From positions 32,001-96,000 of IMG/VR virus record IMGVR_UViG_3300023213_000432: DNA of 64,000 bases; one strand, 5' to 3'. Below are positions 9,222 to 19,280 of the stretch, in pieces. The stretch comes from a virus. Lineage: Duplodnaviria > Caudoviricetes. The notes beneath the pieces were generated by a model. The model did no database searches and had not been told where the DNA came from. It saw only the letters and a list, made by a program, of their open reading frames with translations. Both the position numbers and the translations under genes were made by a program. Numbering within the stretch: position 1 is the stretch's first letter; every line of letters starts with the position of its first letter.

Positions 9222-9587
9222 ATGAATGATTTTTTGTTTTTTGGATGCTGGGAAGAAGGAATCTGTGGGCATTATTTGGCCAACAAATTCGGAGAGAGAC
9301 AATTGTTGGAAGACAATCGCCTTCCATTGGATGGCACCTTTCAGCCTATCAAAGAAGTAGTGGGAACTTGGCGCAGGATAGCTATTCACGGCAGGAACCA
9401 CAGAATTCTTACCATTTTGGCCGGATGGGATCAAACTGTGGATAAAAGACCCGGCTCCAACGCCGCTTTTGTTTCTGATGGTATTCAAACTGTAGACGAG
9501 ATGCTAGCACGAGCCGAGAAGATCTTTCCAAAACAGCATGCTCGATTGTTCAAAGGAAATCAAAAGTTTGAATTAGTGTCAGAATAA
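9222..9587 (+). CDS. hypothetical protein
   Basis: 121-aa ORF (LDGTF..WDQTVDKRPGSNAAF). Confidence 0.6.
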   Translation: MNDFLFFGCWEEGICGHYLANKFGERQLLEDNRLPLDGTFQPIKEVVGTWRRIAIHGRNHRILTILAGWDQTVDKRPGSNAAFVSDGIQTVDEMLARAEKIFPKQHARLFKGNQKFELVSE

Positions 9588-9736
9588 AACAACAGGAGAA
9601 AAAACATGAGCGAAAATAAATCAACTTGGACAAAACTAATTGTCGGCAACATAGTCTTGGCAACAGCATCAGTTTTAGCTAATAAAGGTGTAGATTATTT
9701 AGTCACAAAGATCAAACAGAAGCTGAAAGAGAAAAA

Positions 9737-10096
9737 ATGAGAAATTGGTTATGGCTCTTGACATTATGTGGGTGCGCGGCGTTTAGTAGGGATTGTTCTT
9801 CTTGCACAGCGTCTAACTTTGGTTCTGATTGGATTGTTGTACAATACAATTATAATGTAACTCCCATCAATTGTTGGATGCTAAGAAACACAGCCATTAC
9901 TAATGAAACTCAGACAGATGGAATATATTGGAAATCTTCAGATGGACATTTGGTTCATATTTCGGGATGGTATAATCGAGCCCAAGTTAATAATGGAGAC
10001 TGGAAAGGTGCCGTTCACCAATTAAATGTCGATTATGATGGTTGTACAGAGGGCGCTTATCGAATTCAAGATGCCGGATTGGAAAGGAAGGATTGA
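9737..10096 (+). CDS. putative lipoprotein
   Basis: Hydrophobic N-terminus with LCGC lipobox-like motif. Confidence 0.55.
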   Translation: MRNWLWLLTLCGCAAFSRDCSSCTASNFGSDWIVVQYNYNVTPINCWMLRNTAITNETQTDGIYWKSSDGHLVHISGWYNRAQVNNGDWKGAVHQLNVDYDGCTEGAYRIQDAGLERKD

Positions 10097-10098
10097 TC

Positions 10099-10347
10099 AT
10101 GGGCACACATTTAGATAGAGAAAAAGCAAAAACGTTTCGTCAAGAGCAAGCTCAAAAAAGGCAAGATGCTTATAATAAACTGACGATCGAGCAAAAGATC
10201 GATAAACTAGATTTTAAGTTCGGTAAAGGAGTTGGAGCTAAGAAAGAGCGCGCCCGCCTTCAAAAGCGATTGGAAGAACAATCAGGGCGCCGTATGGAAA
10301 CCAAAGTTCCAACTGAATTGGAAAAATCAGACGGAAAAACTAAATGA
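10099..10347 (+). CDS. basic hypothetical protein
   Basis: ORF after AGGA SD. Confidence 0.55.
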   Translation: MGTHLDREKAKTFRQEQAQKRQDAYNKLTIEQKIDKLDFKFGKGVGAKKERARLQKRLEEQSGRRMETKVPTELEKSDGKTK

Positions 10348-10538
10348 GTACATCAAAGTCTAAGGAATATGGCATTTGGGTCCAACCTAAAGATAACTCC
10401 AATAATGGTTATATTTGCCTTACATTTGATTGCAAAGAGCAAGCAGAGGAGTATTTGAAAGAACATGTTACATCCTTGAGATTCCACAATGAGATCAGAG
10501 AAATATTAGATGGGGTTATCAAAGGGCGCGCATCATGA
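10344..10538 (+). CDS. family B small protein (IWxxxKDxxxNG)
   Basis: EYGIWVQPKDNSNNG matches 61304-62050 paralogs. Confidence 0.6.
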   Translation: MSTSKSKEYGIWVQPKDNSNNGYICLTFDCKEQAEEYLKEHVTSLRFHNEIREILDGVIKGRAS

Positions 10539-10762
10539 AAGTATCCGAACTAATAGCACAACTTAAAGATGCTGATCCCGAAGCCATTGTGGTGGTAAGT
10601 TGTTTGGTTAATCGCAATGTCATGGGGCAGCGATGCGAAGTTCTGGTTAAAGTTAATTCCGTAGAACATGGCTCAGGAAAACCCAAGCTTCATTTTGACC
10701 GCGGACGGGAACCGGATGAAGGCGAAGATAAATTGACATGCTTAGTGTGTGAAGGATCATGA
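10535..10762 (+). CDS. hypothetical protein
   Basis: MKVSELIAQLK..DPEA start; ATGA overlaps. Confidence 0.6.
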   Translation: MKVSELIAQLKDADPEAIVVVSCLVNRNVMGQRCEVLVKVNSVEHGSGKPKLHFDRGREPDEGEDKLTCLVCEGS

Positions 10763-11145
10763 TTAACGCAAGAGTTTTGATTCAAGTAGATCAAGAAAAG
10801 CGATTGTTCGGCAGAGTGGTCGGGCAAAGTTTGATTGGCAATCCATTGATGGAACCCCAAACTGCCAAGTTATATTTGATGGTGGAATTGGATAATCAAG
10901 CCCAAGAAGAAAGTACTTCGACAGAACAACGTCCTATGGGAGAATCTATTACCAAGCATAAGCACGTTTGGATGTGCGAAACGGACGCCCAAGCATTAGT
11001 TAATGAAGGATTGATAATTAATTCAAGTGACAACAAGATTAGAGATCGGTCATTTGGAAATTTTCGAGGAACCAAGGTGAATATCAATGAGGAAGTTCAA
11101 CCGGGAACTTTCAAAACGTTGGATGGAAAGATTCACAAACTATGA
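10759..11145 (+). CDS. hypothetical protein
   Basis: ORF with ATGA overlaps. Confidence 0.6.
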   Translation: MINARVLIQVDQEKRLFGRVVGQSLIGNPLMEPQTAKLYLMVELDNQAQEESTSTEQRPMGESITKHKHVWMCETDAQALVNEGLIINSSDNKIRDRSFGNFRGTKVNINEEVQPGTFKTLDGKIHKL

Positions 11146-11531
11146 ACATAGTCTTTACTGACGACGAAATTCCGCGCCATGATTTGGCAGAGGAAATTTT
11201 AGGATCTCATCATACATTGTTTCATGCCTATAATGCGAATGAAGCCATTGCAATTATAGAAATCTTGACTAAAAGTGGAGAGGTGATTGGTCTTTATATG
11301 ACAGATCATGACATGCCATATTCTAAAAATGGCTCCGAATTAGCATCTGACATCATTAATGGCATATCCAACGTGGAAAAATTTATTGCTCAAGTGATTG
11401 TGCATTCCTTTAATCCCGATGGAGCTAAAAATATCGAAGCTAAATTTCGAGCAGCAAATATTCCGGTAACACGATGGATGTTCTCGGAGGACATGTTAAA
11501 ACAATTACAAAAGGAGTTAGAGCCACAATGA
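11142..11531 (+). CDS. stand-alone receiver-like domain, cyclic-phosphate-processing (cREC) type
   Basis: IVFTDDE, YMTDHDM, NGSELA, VIVHSFNPDGA. Confidence 0.7.
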   Translation: MNIVFTDDEIPRHDLAEEILGSHHTLFHAYNANEAIAIIEILTKSGEVIGLYMTDHDMPYSKNGSELASDIINGISNVEKFIAQVIVHSFNPDGAKNIEAKFRAANIPVTRWMFSEDMLKQLQKELEPQ

Positions 11532-11728
11532 AGAAATCTATTAAAAAGAAAACAACAAAAGTTTCTCTTGTAGAGAAACATTTGAAAGCCTACTACAAGG
11601 ATAAAGTTTCCTATGCTAAGTTGGTGGAGAAAACTGGAGGGTATCCGCTTTTTCATCCAACCAATGAAGTGGAACGAGCTAAGAAAGAAAAAATGCTCAA
11701 CGCCCATGATGAATGGACACAATCATGA
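11528..11728 (+). CDS. hypothetical protein
   Basis: ATGA overlap. Confidence 0.5.
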   Translation: MKKSIKKKTTKVSLVEKHLKAYYKDKVSYAKLVEKTGGYPLFHPTNEVERAKKEKMLNAHDEWTQS

Positions 11729-11943
11729 AATTTCCATTTACAGCTCAAGACATTGACGATCTGATTCACCATCTCCGAACCTTGGATGCCGAAGACAAAT
11801 TGTATTTAGCAGGAGAAATGTTCGGATGTGAGGAAGAAGCTGACAACTATGGTCAAATTATTCTTCATACTGGACTGACGTGGGACAAAGACGGGATGAA
11901 GGTAGTGAAACATATCGAAACCGACGATGAACTGGACTTATAG
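11725..11943 (+). CDS. hypothetical protein
   Basis: ATGA overlap, acidic. Confidence 0.55.
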   Translation: MKFPFTAQDIDDLIHHLRTLDAEDKLYLAGEMFGCEEEADNYGQIILHTGLTWDKDGMKVVKHIETDDELDL

Positions 11944-11951
11944 GGGATATC

Positions 11952-12233
11952 ATGAAATTTACTACTCTTTCTGGAAGTATTTACGAATTAGATCAAGAGA
12001 ACAAACGCCTTCGTCGTCTATACGGTAAAAGACCATCCACAGATCGTCAAGGGGACGACTGGAAATGTTATGTCGAAATTTTTCCTAATCCTATTGTTAT
12101 TGGAAGCCGAGTCTTGATTTACTGGATCCAAGAAGAAACGCCATTGCTGGAAGGTAGTCCAGAGAATTCAATTGCGACAACCTTAACTTCTCCAGTCCAA
12201 TCCATCGAGGAAAACCATGGAAATCCGAACTGA
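11952..12233 (+). CDS. hypothetical protein
   Basis: MKFTTLSGSIYELD start; GGGG SD. Confidence 0.6.
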   Translation: MKFTTLSGSIYELDQENKRLRRLYGKRPSTDRQGDDWKCYVEIFPNPIVIGSRVLIYWIQEETPLLEGSPENSIATTLTSPVQSIEENHGNPN

Positions 12234-12315
12234 CACCCTTCACTATAAGCTATATGCATTGACATATCGCTCTTTTGATAGTTTGCCACCAGATAAAACA
12301 AACCTATGTCAGTAT
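12217..12315 (+). pseudogene. 5' fragment of a membrane-protein gene interrupted by the IS200/IS605 element
   Basis: MEIRTDTLHYKLY...TNLCQY can join in frame to 13939 (LEIVRRLL...). Confidence 0.5.
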
Positions 12316-12380
12316 CTGATATACTCTCACGACTAAAGTCGTGAAGCTCTCAGGTTATTCAAATAAGTTATAAACATAAC

Positions 12381-13421
12381 TCATTGAACATTGCCCGATC
12401 GAGCCTTATCAGGGTTCATCTTCTCATAATTTGGGAAGATGGAGAGGCTCTCGCCAATATCTCTGTCTATTGACGACTGACCAAACATTTGTCTTTGCGC
12501 TATATTAAAGGCAGCATTAACATCTGCGTGATCTGTGTGTTCGCATTGTTGGCAAGCAAAACGCTTGCCGTCCCTTATTCCAAGAGCGCCGCATCTACTA
12601 CATTGTTGGGAAGTATAATGAGGTTCTACCTTGAAGATCGGCACTCCATAACGAAGCGCTTTATATATCAAAAAACTTTCTAATTGATAAAAGCTCCATG
12701 AATTTAACATTCCATTGAGCCTTCTACCTTTGGACTTCTGTTTTCGGATACCCTTCAAGTCTTCCAAAACTAATCCAACTTTATGTTCTACACAATATTG
12801 GATAACCACTTTAGCAATCTTATGATTGAGATCTCTCATAATGTTAGCTTCTCGTTTACTAAGTTGTTTCTTAACAAAACGATAAGCTCCTTGTTTTTGT
12901 GCTGATTTGCGAATGTTTCGATATTTGTTGCGAAGATGCGAACACTTTTTGCCTAGCTTTAGTATCTTTCCCGTGGATGGATTAGCTAACACCGCTATGT
13001 GGGAGGTAGCATTTCTATCTAAACCAACATAACCTGTTGGAGAAAAGACTATGGCTTCGCTGACTTCTACGGAAACATACGCGTATTCTTTGGATAATTC
13101 TACTTGTTTAATCTTCTTGAAGGAAGGCAAGTGGTGAATATCCAAATACAAACTCAAAGGAGTTATTTTGAGAATCTTATTTTGGAGTTTGAGGGATTGG
13201 TTGGGGACTATTAGATTAACATTTCTGATGGTGCGACACCTCTTATTTCTTCCATATTTACGAAGGATCTGATTGGATATAGCGGACTTAAGACCGATGT
13301 GAGAAACTTCTTTGGAGGAAAGCTTGTTGCGATTATGAATAGCAAACTCCGCTATTTTATGAGCTTTGACAAGTTCATCTGATAGATCGAATTGATGGCG
13401 GAGTTTGTAGGTTAGGATCAT
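12381..13421 (-). CDS. tnpB: RNA-guided endonuclease TnpB
   Basis: RuvC motifs VGLDRN, VLEDL, HADVNAAFNI; Zn finger CSRC..CQQC; TAATG coupling to tnpA. Confidence 0.92.
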   Translation of the reverse strand: MILTYKLRHQFDLSDELVKAHKIAEFAIHNRNKLSSKEVSHIGLKSAISNQILRKYGRNKRCRTIRNVNLIVPNQSLKLQNKILKITPLSLYLDIHHLPSFKKIKQVELSKEYAYVSVEVSEAIVFSPTGYVGLDRNATSHIAVLANPSTGKILKLGKKCSHLRNKYRNIRKSAQKQGAYRFVKKQLSKREANIMRDLNHKIAKVVIQYCVEHKVGLVLEDLKGIRKQKSKGRRLNGMLNSWSFYQLESFLIYKALRYGVPIFKVEPHYTSQQCSRCGALGIRDGKRFACQQCEHTDHADVNAAFNIAQRQMFGQSSIDRDIGESLSIFPNYEKMNPDKARSGNVQ

Positions 13422-13816
13422 TAGACGTTCTTTTGATTCTCTATATATTGTTTTACGGTTGCTTCTGATATACAACCTACACTTTCAGCAAAATAACTTC
13501 TTGTCCATAATGTGGGCAGCTTGCTTTTGAGATGTGGAAATTCAGTTCGTAAGATACGGCTGCTCTTGCCCTTGAGTTGCTGAACTACAAAATGTGGAGC
13601 ATGCACCGGACTACAGTGAATAAAAACATGTACATGATCTGGCATTATTTCCATTGTTTCAATGGTGCAATCAATTTCTTTAACTATTTCTGGTAAAAGT
13701 TGTCGAAGGCGTGTTTCCACCTCATCCACTAAAACTTTTCTACGATACTTTGGACACCAGATCAAATGATAGTTTATATTGAAAATTACTTTGTTGCTGT
13801 GTTTCCATCTCGACAT
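13421..13816 (-). CDS. tnpA: IS200/IS605 HUH (Y1) transposase
   Basis: YHLIWCPKYRR, MPDHVHVF, LWTRSYF, YIENQK. Confidence 0.96.
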   Translation of the reverse strand: MSRWKHSNKVIFNINYHLIWCPKYRRKVLVDEVETRLRQLLPEIVKEIDCTIETMEIMPDHVHVFIHCSPVHAPHFVVQQLKGKSSRILRTEFPHLKSKLPTLWTRSYFAESVGCISEATVKQYIENQKNV

Positions 13817-13938
13817 TGCTATACCTTTGACAACTATATATCAGAGTATGCATAGATTTTGACAACTATATAACATTTTTTCTGTTAGCAACTTGCAACG
13901 CCTTCATCCAACGACTGAATGTCGTTGGCTTTTGGCTA

Positions 13939-14376
13939 TTGGAGATCGTAAGACGCCTTCTAATTATGATTCCATTATCTGTGTTATGGTTAATTGCTGG
14001 TGTGTTTACTTCTGTTCTTTTTACACTCGTAGTAAATCCAATTAGTTCTTTGTTTGGATTCTGGTATGTCTTTAAATTATGGAAAATGGGAGATAGATCT
14101 ACTATTCAGGTAATCAGGCTTTCAAGGTTCCGATGGTTGCCTTGGATCTTGGTGTTCTATTTTTTGGTGCGGCTCAACATTTATGAATATCACAAGTATG
14201 GTTGGATTAACATATTGTCTATTGTAGAAGTAATGCTTGTTGCTTCATTAATACTTGTAAGTGCCTTTTGTTTCTACTACTACTCTGATACTGGAGATCT
14301 CATTCAAGAGTGGATTGCCGCCAAAACTCAAGGGATCTGTCCATTAATTACCTTCAAAGAAAAAGATAACAAATGA
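13939..14376 (+). CDS. multi-pass membrane protein (probably the 3' part of the split gene)
   Basis: Hydrophobic helices; TTG start directly at the IS boundary. Confidence 0.55.
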   Translation: MEIVRRLLIMIPLSVLWLIAGVFTSVLFTLVVNPISSLFGFWYVFKLWKMGDRSTIQVIRLSRFRWLPWILVFYFLVRLNIYEYHKYGWINILSIVEVMLVASLILVSAFCFYYYSDTGDLIQEWIAAKTQGICPLITFKEKDNK

Positions 14377-14573
14377 GCACTCACTGCTCTCACAATTATC
14401 ATGCTCTCTGCAAAGACTGTAAAGAGCTAAAACCTTATTGGATATTTAAATTTAATCTCGACTGCAATAAAGTGGGCGACGAAGATAAGTGTTGTGGATA
14501 TTTCTATGCAAATGGATGTTCCAAATCAGAATTGGTTGGTAAGAAAGTTATCACTACCACAAAAGAAATATGA
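14373..14573 (+). CDS. small Cys-rich protein
   Basis: ATGA overlaps. Confidence 0.5.
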   Translation: MSTHCSHNYHALCKDCKELKPYWIFKFNLDCNKVGDEDKCCGYFYANGCSKSELVGKKVITTTKEI

Positions 14574-14836
14574 AAACTTACATCAAAGTCATTGGGAAAC
14601 ATTGTGCTCATTTGAATAGAGTTGGTTACATAGATGATGAGGTTAGAATACCTGCCAGCATGACCTATCCCTATGATACGTGGTTATGGCACATTCGTAT
14701 TCCTTTTGTTAATACTCCGTATCGTATTTCCAACTATGTCATCGCCATGCTTCCCAAAGAGTTTAAGATAATTAGTTGGTTGGAATATGCTTTTGGTTGG
14801 TTAAAACAGTTCTTTGGAAGTTGGAGGAATAATTGA
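14570..14836 (+). CDS. hypothetical protein
   Basis: ATGA overlap. Confidence 0.55.
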   Translation: MKTYIKVIGKHCAHLNRVGYIDDEVRIPASMTYPYDTWLWHIRIPFVNTPYRISNYVIAMLPKEFKIISWLEYAFGWLKQFFGSWRNN

Positions 14837-15402
14837 AGAAGTTAATAATGATGCTTATCATAATGATGACGATAAGCAATTCAGCATATGCTGAAACAAG
14901 AAACGATCAAATAGTTGTCACTGATCGGAAACCGCATAGACGTTATGTTGGTTTGGATATTGCCGCTGGCGTTCCATCAGGCGTCATGCTTTCCGTTGCT
15001 TTCAAACCTTATTTCCAATGGATTCATCTTGGAGTTGGAGGAGGATACAATGGATTAAACGGTGGAATGCGAGGATTTCTTACTCTTGACCCGCTTCATT
15101 TCTTTCCGCTTGGCGTTTTGGGACAGGCAGAAATTGGACATTATTGGGGAGGAAGAATTCCTAGGTTGGATAAACCATTGGAAGTTTCATATGATTTCGC
15201 TTCTTTGATGGGTGGTATTCGAGGAGGCAACCCTAACATTTGGTCGATTTATGGACTGGTAGGCGTCTCCTGGATCGGGGCTCAAACCAATCATTTCGAT
15301 ACAACCATTAGTATAAAAGATCCAAGTATTAGTGTTAGTAATCCACGTATGGATGCAGTGGCGGCACCTGCGTGTCAATTAGGATTTAGACTATTTTTCT
15401 GA
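14833..15402 (+). CDS. secreted protein, outer-membrane beta-barrel-like
   Basis: Signal peptide (AYA-E); Gly/aromatic alternating strands; C-terminal LGFRLFF. Confidence 0.5.
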   Translation: MKKLIMMLIIMMTISNSAYAETRNDQIVVTDRKPHRRYVGLDIAAGVPSGVMLSVAFKPYFQWIHLGVGGGYNGLNGGMRGFLTLDPLHFFPLGVLGQAEIGHYWGGRIPRLDKPLEVSYDFASLMGGIRGGNPNIWSIYGLVGVSWIGAQTNHFDTTISIKDPSISVSNPRMDAVAAPACQLGFRLFF

Positions 15403-15416
15403 TAGGAAATTGAAAA

Positions 15417-15947
15417 ATGAAAAAGTTTCTAATAATATTAGTTTTTCTGGTAGGATGCATTCAAGGCAATATTCAAGAGGATATTACCAAAACGATGACA
15501 TTAGATCTTCCGGCTTCGTCTGTTTCTGGCGGAATGGCACCTTCGATTTCTGTGGATCGAATTAATGATGTCGATTTTCTGGAAGATTTCAAGCAGTTTA
15601 AAGATCTCGGAACATTCGATTTCTCCATTACCAATAATCAGTTAAAAATGGAATCTGGAGATTTTCATTTCATTGATCATGTTAAAGTTTCTTTGGATGC
15701 CACTTTTGGATCGGTTGTTCTAACGGATCATGATTTGACAGACGTAGAACGTGGATCATCGCTCATTTCGCTTCCAATTTCCCTAAAGCCGTATTGGTAT
15801 TTGGTGTTACTGGATGGATCAATTAAAGTCCACTATGTATTCACTATGAGTGGCAACGTTCCTGCTAATCCATCGATTATTCAAGCTAAAGTTACCTTGC
15901 ATGTTGTTGCTAATATAAATAAAAGCATTAATGATGTGGGTAAGTAA
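15417..15947 (+). CDS. putative lipoprotein
   Basis: MKKFLIILVFLVGC lipobox. Confidence 0.65.
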   Translation: MKKFLIILVFLVGCIQGNIQEDITKTMTLDLPASSVSGGMAPSISVDRINDVDFLEDFKQFKDLGTFDFSITNNQLKMESGDFHFIDHVKVSLDATFGSVVLTDHDLTDVERGSSLISLPISLKPYWYLVLLDGSIKVHYVFTMSGNVPANPSIIQAKVTLHVVANINKSINDVGK

Positions 15948-15949
15948 AG

Positions 15950-16135
15950 TTGAAAATTCAGGTTGGAATAGGGCGTAAAGGTTCGTTTAAGAACGTCTGG
16001 GAACATAGTAACCCTTCTATCGCACAAGCATTCTTTCTTGGATTGAGATTAAAAGAAAATCAAAAAGCGAGAATCGTTAATGAAAAAGGTGAAGTCGTCT
16101 CCAAAAAGACCAATGTCAAAAAAGAAACTAGTTAG
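15950..16135 (+). CDS. hypothetical protein
   Basis: 61-aa ORF. Confidence 0.45.
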   Translation: MKIQVGIGRKGSFKNVWEHSNPSIAQAFFLGLRLKENQKARIVNEKGEVVSKKTNVKKETS

Positions 16136-16324
16136 GGCGGGTTCTTATCTTAAAACCATTGAGGTGCTTAATGCTTCGATTGTTGGCATATTGCACCTCT
16201 ATTTGGATGCTAAGAATAATGGAGACAAAATTGCCATGTGGACGCTTGGAGATTTGTAAGAAGATTTAATTATGACCGCTAGGAGACTTAGCAATGTTCG
16301 TATGACCATTAAAGGAGATCGAAC

Positions 16325-16657
16325 TTGATTCTAGAATTGATTGAAGGTATTGTGGCGATGGGAGTAGGTGCGAGTGCTTATGGTTTGGGGCATTGGTTAT
16401 TAACTCAAAAAGGAACCCTAAATAATAATTCCATAAAACTTAATCTTAAGAAAGATAGCTACGGTGCGTATCCTTGGTTGTGGCACACGCAAAGTATGAA
16501 TCCTAGTGGATATTATTGTCCAGCTTGTGCAAGCGTTTCATCAAATAGAAAACAAATGCCAGCATGCCAATGTGATGAGTATCCTTCGATTCACTTTCAT
16601 TTTGTGTGTAATGATTGCGGGTATAAATGTTTCACGAGGACAGCAGAAGACAATTAA
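16325..16657 (+). CDS. membrane-anchored Zn-finger-like protein
   Basis: N-terminal TM; CPAC, CQC, CNDC. Confidence 0.55.
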   Translation: MILELIEGIVAMGVGASAYGLGHWLLTQKGTLNNNSIKLNLKKDSYGAYPWLWHTQSMNPSGYYCPACASVSSNRKQMPACQCDEYPSIHFHFVCNDCGYKCFTRTAEDN

Positions 16658-16799
16658 TAAAGGAGCAGCGATACAGTGTCAGAGAAGTTTCGAAAGCGCA
16701 TTCCGAGAAAATTTCGTCCAGAGCGAGAGTTGCAAGAAAAGCATCATCGGATGGATTTTCGTCGAGAGATGGAAGAATTAGAAGAGGAAGAAGATTGGG

Positions 16800-17087
16800 A
16801 TGAGGCAGATGATTATAATGATGTCCCCAGTTGAATTAGATCGTCAAAGCTCAGTTAAAATCGACAGATGGATCGAAATTGACAGCGAAGAGTGGCGAAA
16901 TATGGATGATAATCCTGACTTCACCAAGAAGATTTTGAAGCTTGGTATGAAAGAGCCGGCTTTCATTTTCTCTGATTCGCGGGGTAGGTTATGGGGTAAA
17001 GGAAAAGATGGATCATTTTACCCGTTTCATTTTGAATATGGTAGTTTAAGAATTGGTTATCGAATTAGCAGGATGGCAGCGAACTGA
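16800..17087 (+). CDS. hypothetical protein
   Basis: 95-aa ORF. Confidence 0.55.
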   Translation: MRQMIIMMSPVELDRQSSVKIDRWIEIDSEEWRNMDDNPDFTKKILKLGMKEPAFIFSDSRGRLWGKGKDGSFYPFHFEYGSLRIGYRISRMAAN

Positions 17088-17100
17088 AAGGAAAATAATT

Positions 17101-17508
17101 ATGGATTTCAAGTGTTATTCAGATGGTAATATTGTCAAAAAGTTTGGAAAGTTAGATGACGCTTTTGAATTCGCAGAAGATGATGAAAGCGTAGATGCTA
17201 TTAGTTTTACGCTTCCTACTGATGAAGAAGTGATGCTCAGTCGAGAAGATCTCGATGAATGGGTATATGATCCGCTAGCATTAGATAAAAATGAAGCTCG
17301 AATATTGAATCATCAGTTGGCGGAGATTAATGCAGGAAGAGAAGAAGAAAGTGATCAAAGGGACGATCAAGCTGTTGATGATTTGATAGATCGTAAATTT
17401 CTATATTCAGAGATCAGATCCATTAATGGTGAAGAATGGGACTATTATACTATTAATGATTTAGGAAGACTGGCATTGAAGAAATTCCAGAAAGCAAAAT
17501 CAGGTTAA
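17101..17508 (+). CDS. acidic hypothetical protein
   Basis: AGGA SD before ATG 17101. Confidence 0.6.
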   Translation: MDFKCYSDGNIVKKFGKLDDAFEFAEDDESVDAISFTLPTDEEVMLSREDLDEWVYDPLALDKNEARILNHQLAEINAGREEESDQRDDQAVDDLIDRKFLYSEIRSINGEEWDYYTINDLGRLALKKFQKAKSG

Positions 17509-17510
17509 AA

Positions 17511-17885
17511 ATGAAATCTGTTGCATTATGCGTGGCAATAACGATTATAATTGGATGTTCCGCAAAACCTAGTCCGGCACCCGTCTGTCCTTCGGCTGGC
17601 GAATTATTGTGTGGTAACTACTGTTGTCCCGACAGTGTGCATTATGCATGCGTGAGCGGACAGTGCCAATTGATTTCTTGTGATCAGGGATATCAATTAT
17701 GTGGAAAGGGATGTGTGGTTGCAACCGCGAATTGCTGTTCGCAAACTACTGGCACATATTGTCAAACGGGCGAAGTGTGTTGCGGAGATGGAACATGTGC
17801 CCCATGGGGCGCTTCTTGTTGTCACAATGGACGCTATTGTCCAGTAGGCCGAGTTTGTTGTAACAATGGACAAAACTGTTGTTAA
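17511..17885 (+). CDS. cysteine-rich lipoprotein
   Basis: IIIGC lipobox; repeated C..C..CC motifs. Confidence 0.65.
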   Translation: MKSVALCVAITIIIGCSAKPSPAPVCPSAGELLCGNYCCPDSVHYACVSGQCQLISCDQGYQLCGKGCVVATANCCSQTTGTYCQTGEVCCGDGTCAPWGASCCHNGRYCPVGRVCCNNGQNCC

Positions 17886-18093
17886 TAAGATGTTTGGAGA
17901 TCAAAAAGTGAAAGAAGAGAAAGAGCCTAAGCCCGATATTGAAATACCTTCATTATTTTTCAACGATGTTCAAGTTAAACCTATAAAAAACGTAGAAGGT
18001 TGGAGTGGTATTTCTTTTACCATTAATGAACGAAGATACCGTTTAGACATGGAAGATGAGTTTGCTCAAGAACTAGCAAAGAGGTTGCTATGA
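17866..18093 (+). CDS. hypothetical protein
   Basis: 75-aa ORF. Confidence 0.5.
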   Translation: MDKTVVNKMFGDQKVKEEKEPKPDIEIPSLFFNDVQVKPIKNVEGWSGISFTINERRYRLDMEDEFAQELAKRLL

Positions 18094-18593
18094 GTCGTCA
18101 TTGCGGTATTTGCAAACAAGAAGGACACAATGCACGCACTTGCACTCAACAAAACGAGAAGCCTGCTCCAGAAAAGGCTGAGCCCAAAAAGGAGACTTCT
18201 CCCCAAAACGAGCAATTGGAAAAAATCAAGCGAGCTGTGGCTATTCAAAACATCGGCTCCAAGAATTTAGATCAGAAAGTTAAAGAGGGTATGGTTCTTG
18301 ATAGCGTGGTGGATGATCCTAGTTTTTGGGATTGGGAACAACGAAAAATGATTTCTCGGGAATTACGAAAACTTCGAGATGAATTCAGAAAACACAAAGA
18401 ATCTAATGATAAATCCGTGTTGGCTTTGAAGGAAAAGTTTGACGAATTAGTTGTTCCAAACGAGATCGAAGTTTTGCCACATGTTCCCGGTAAGTTACTA
18501 GATGTTGAAATTGCCAATAATGAGTGCTTAGAAGGAATTATAGAGCATTCTGATTTTTCAAAAATAGTATTAGAGTCTGCTGAAATCAAATGA
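18090..18593 (+). CDS. CCHC Zn-knuckle protein
   Basis: CGICKQEGHNARTC at N-terminus. Confidence 0.65.
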   Translation: MSRHCGICKQEGHNARTCTQQNEKPAPEKAEPKKETSPQNEQLEKIKRAVAIQNIGSKNLDQKVKEGMVLDSVVDDPSFWDWEQRKMISRELRKLRDEFRKHKESNDKSVLALKEKFDELVVPNEIEVLPHVPGKLLDVEIANNECLEGIIEHSDFSKIVLESAEIK

Positions 18594-18836
18594 AACCAAA
18601 AAAGAAACCCATCAAAAAGAAGAAAGCAACCACTAAGTTATCCAAAAAGCGAATGTGGGAGAAACCTAGAGCACCGAGTGAGATGTCATTTCAGGAAATT
18701 GAAGAGTTTTGGAGGGGTAATTTTTATGAATAAAATTACTGTTAGCATGCTTATTTGGAGCGCTTGTATTCTAATTCTAATTGAGATTATGGCTATCTTA
18801 GCTTTTGTTTGGTTTGTGCCCGAGTTTCGATGACGC

Positions 18837-18854
18837 TTCCCATCGCCTAACGGC
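18837..18854 (+). promoter_or_regulatory. conserved intergenic 18-mer, copy 2
   Basis: TTCCCATCGCCTAACGGC followed by AGCGAT. Confidence 0.6.
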
Positions 18855-18895
18855 AGCGATCTGCCAAACGAAAACACGTTTCTAAAGGAGATAAC

Positions 18896-19240
18896 ATGGA
18901 ATTGACTATTGATGTAGAAATTAAAGATGGGCACATCGATCATGATGCTACCATTGTTTCTTTTAAAAGACTGTTAGCTAAAACTTCACTTGAGTATGAT
19001 ACAGAGCAATTAGTTCTAAAAACCACTATCAATCAAGTGTTTGTTCAAAATGAAGGACAAAGATTGACCACGGATTATGTAATTAGTTGTGCATTACTCA
19101 GACTCAATGCAACCTCCGAAAATTATAGTCAGCTCTCCAAAAAATTAAAATCTTTCATCAAAAACAACACAGGAGAGAATAAACTCTTCACAGTAATTAG
19201 TGGTTCTAATGGCGGGATCATTAGAAACAAACAAGTTTAA
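18896..19240 (+). CDS. hypothetical protein, paralog of 60865-61212
   Basis: G.ID..A...LNATSE...L.V..G..GGI.R shared; AAGGAG SD. Confidence 0.65.
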   Translation: MELTIDVEIKDGHIDHDATIVSFKRLLAKTSLEYDTEQLVLKTTINQVFVQNEGQRLTTDYVISCALLRLNATSENYSQLSKKLKSFIKNNTGENKLFTVISGSNGGIIRNKQV

Positions 19241-19280
19241 GATCCGTAGCTAGTTTAATAAACCGGCATTTGGGTCAAAA

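Larger units (their letters stand above)
12316..13938 (-). mobile_element. IS200/IS605-family element (tnpA+tnpB)
   Basis: LE hairpin CCAACGAC-ATTCA-GTCGTTGG near 13908-13928; RE hairpin TCACGAC-TTTA-GTCGTGA near 12327-12344; boundaries +/-1-2 nt. Confidence 0.9.
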
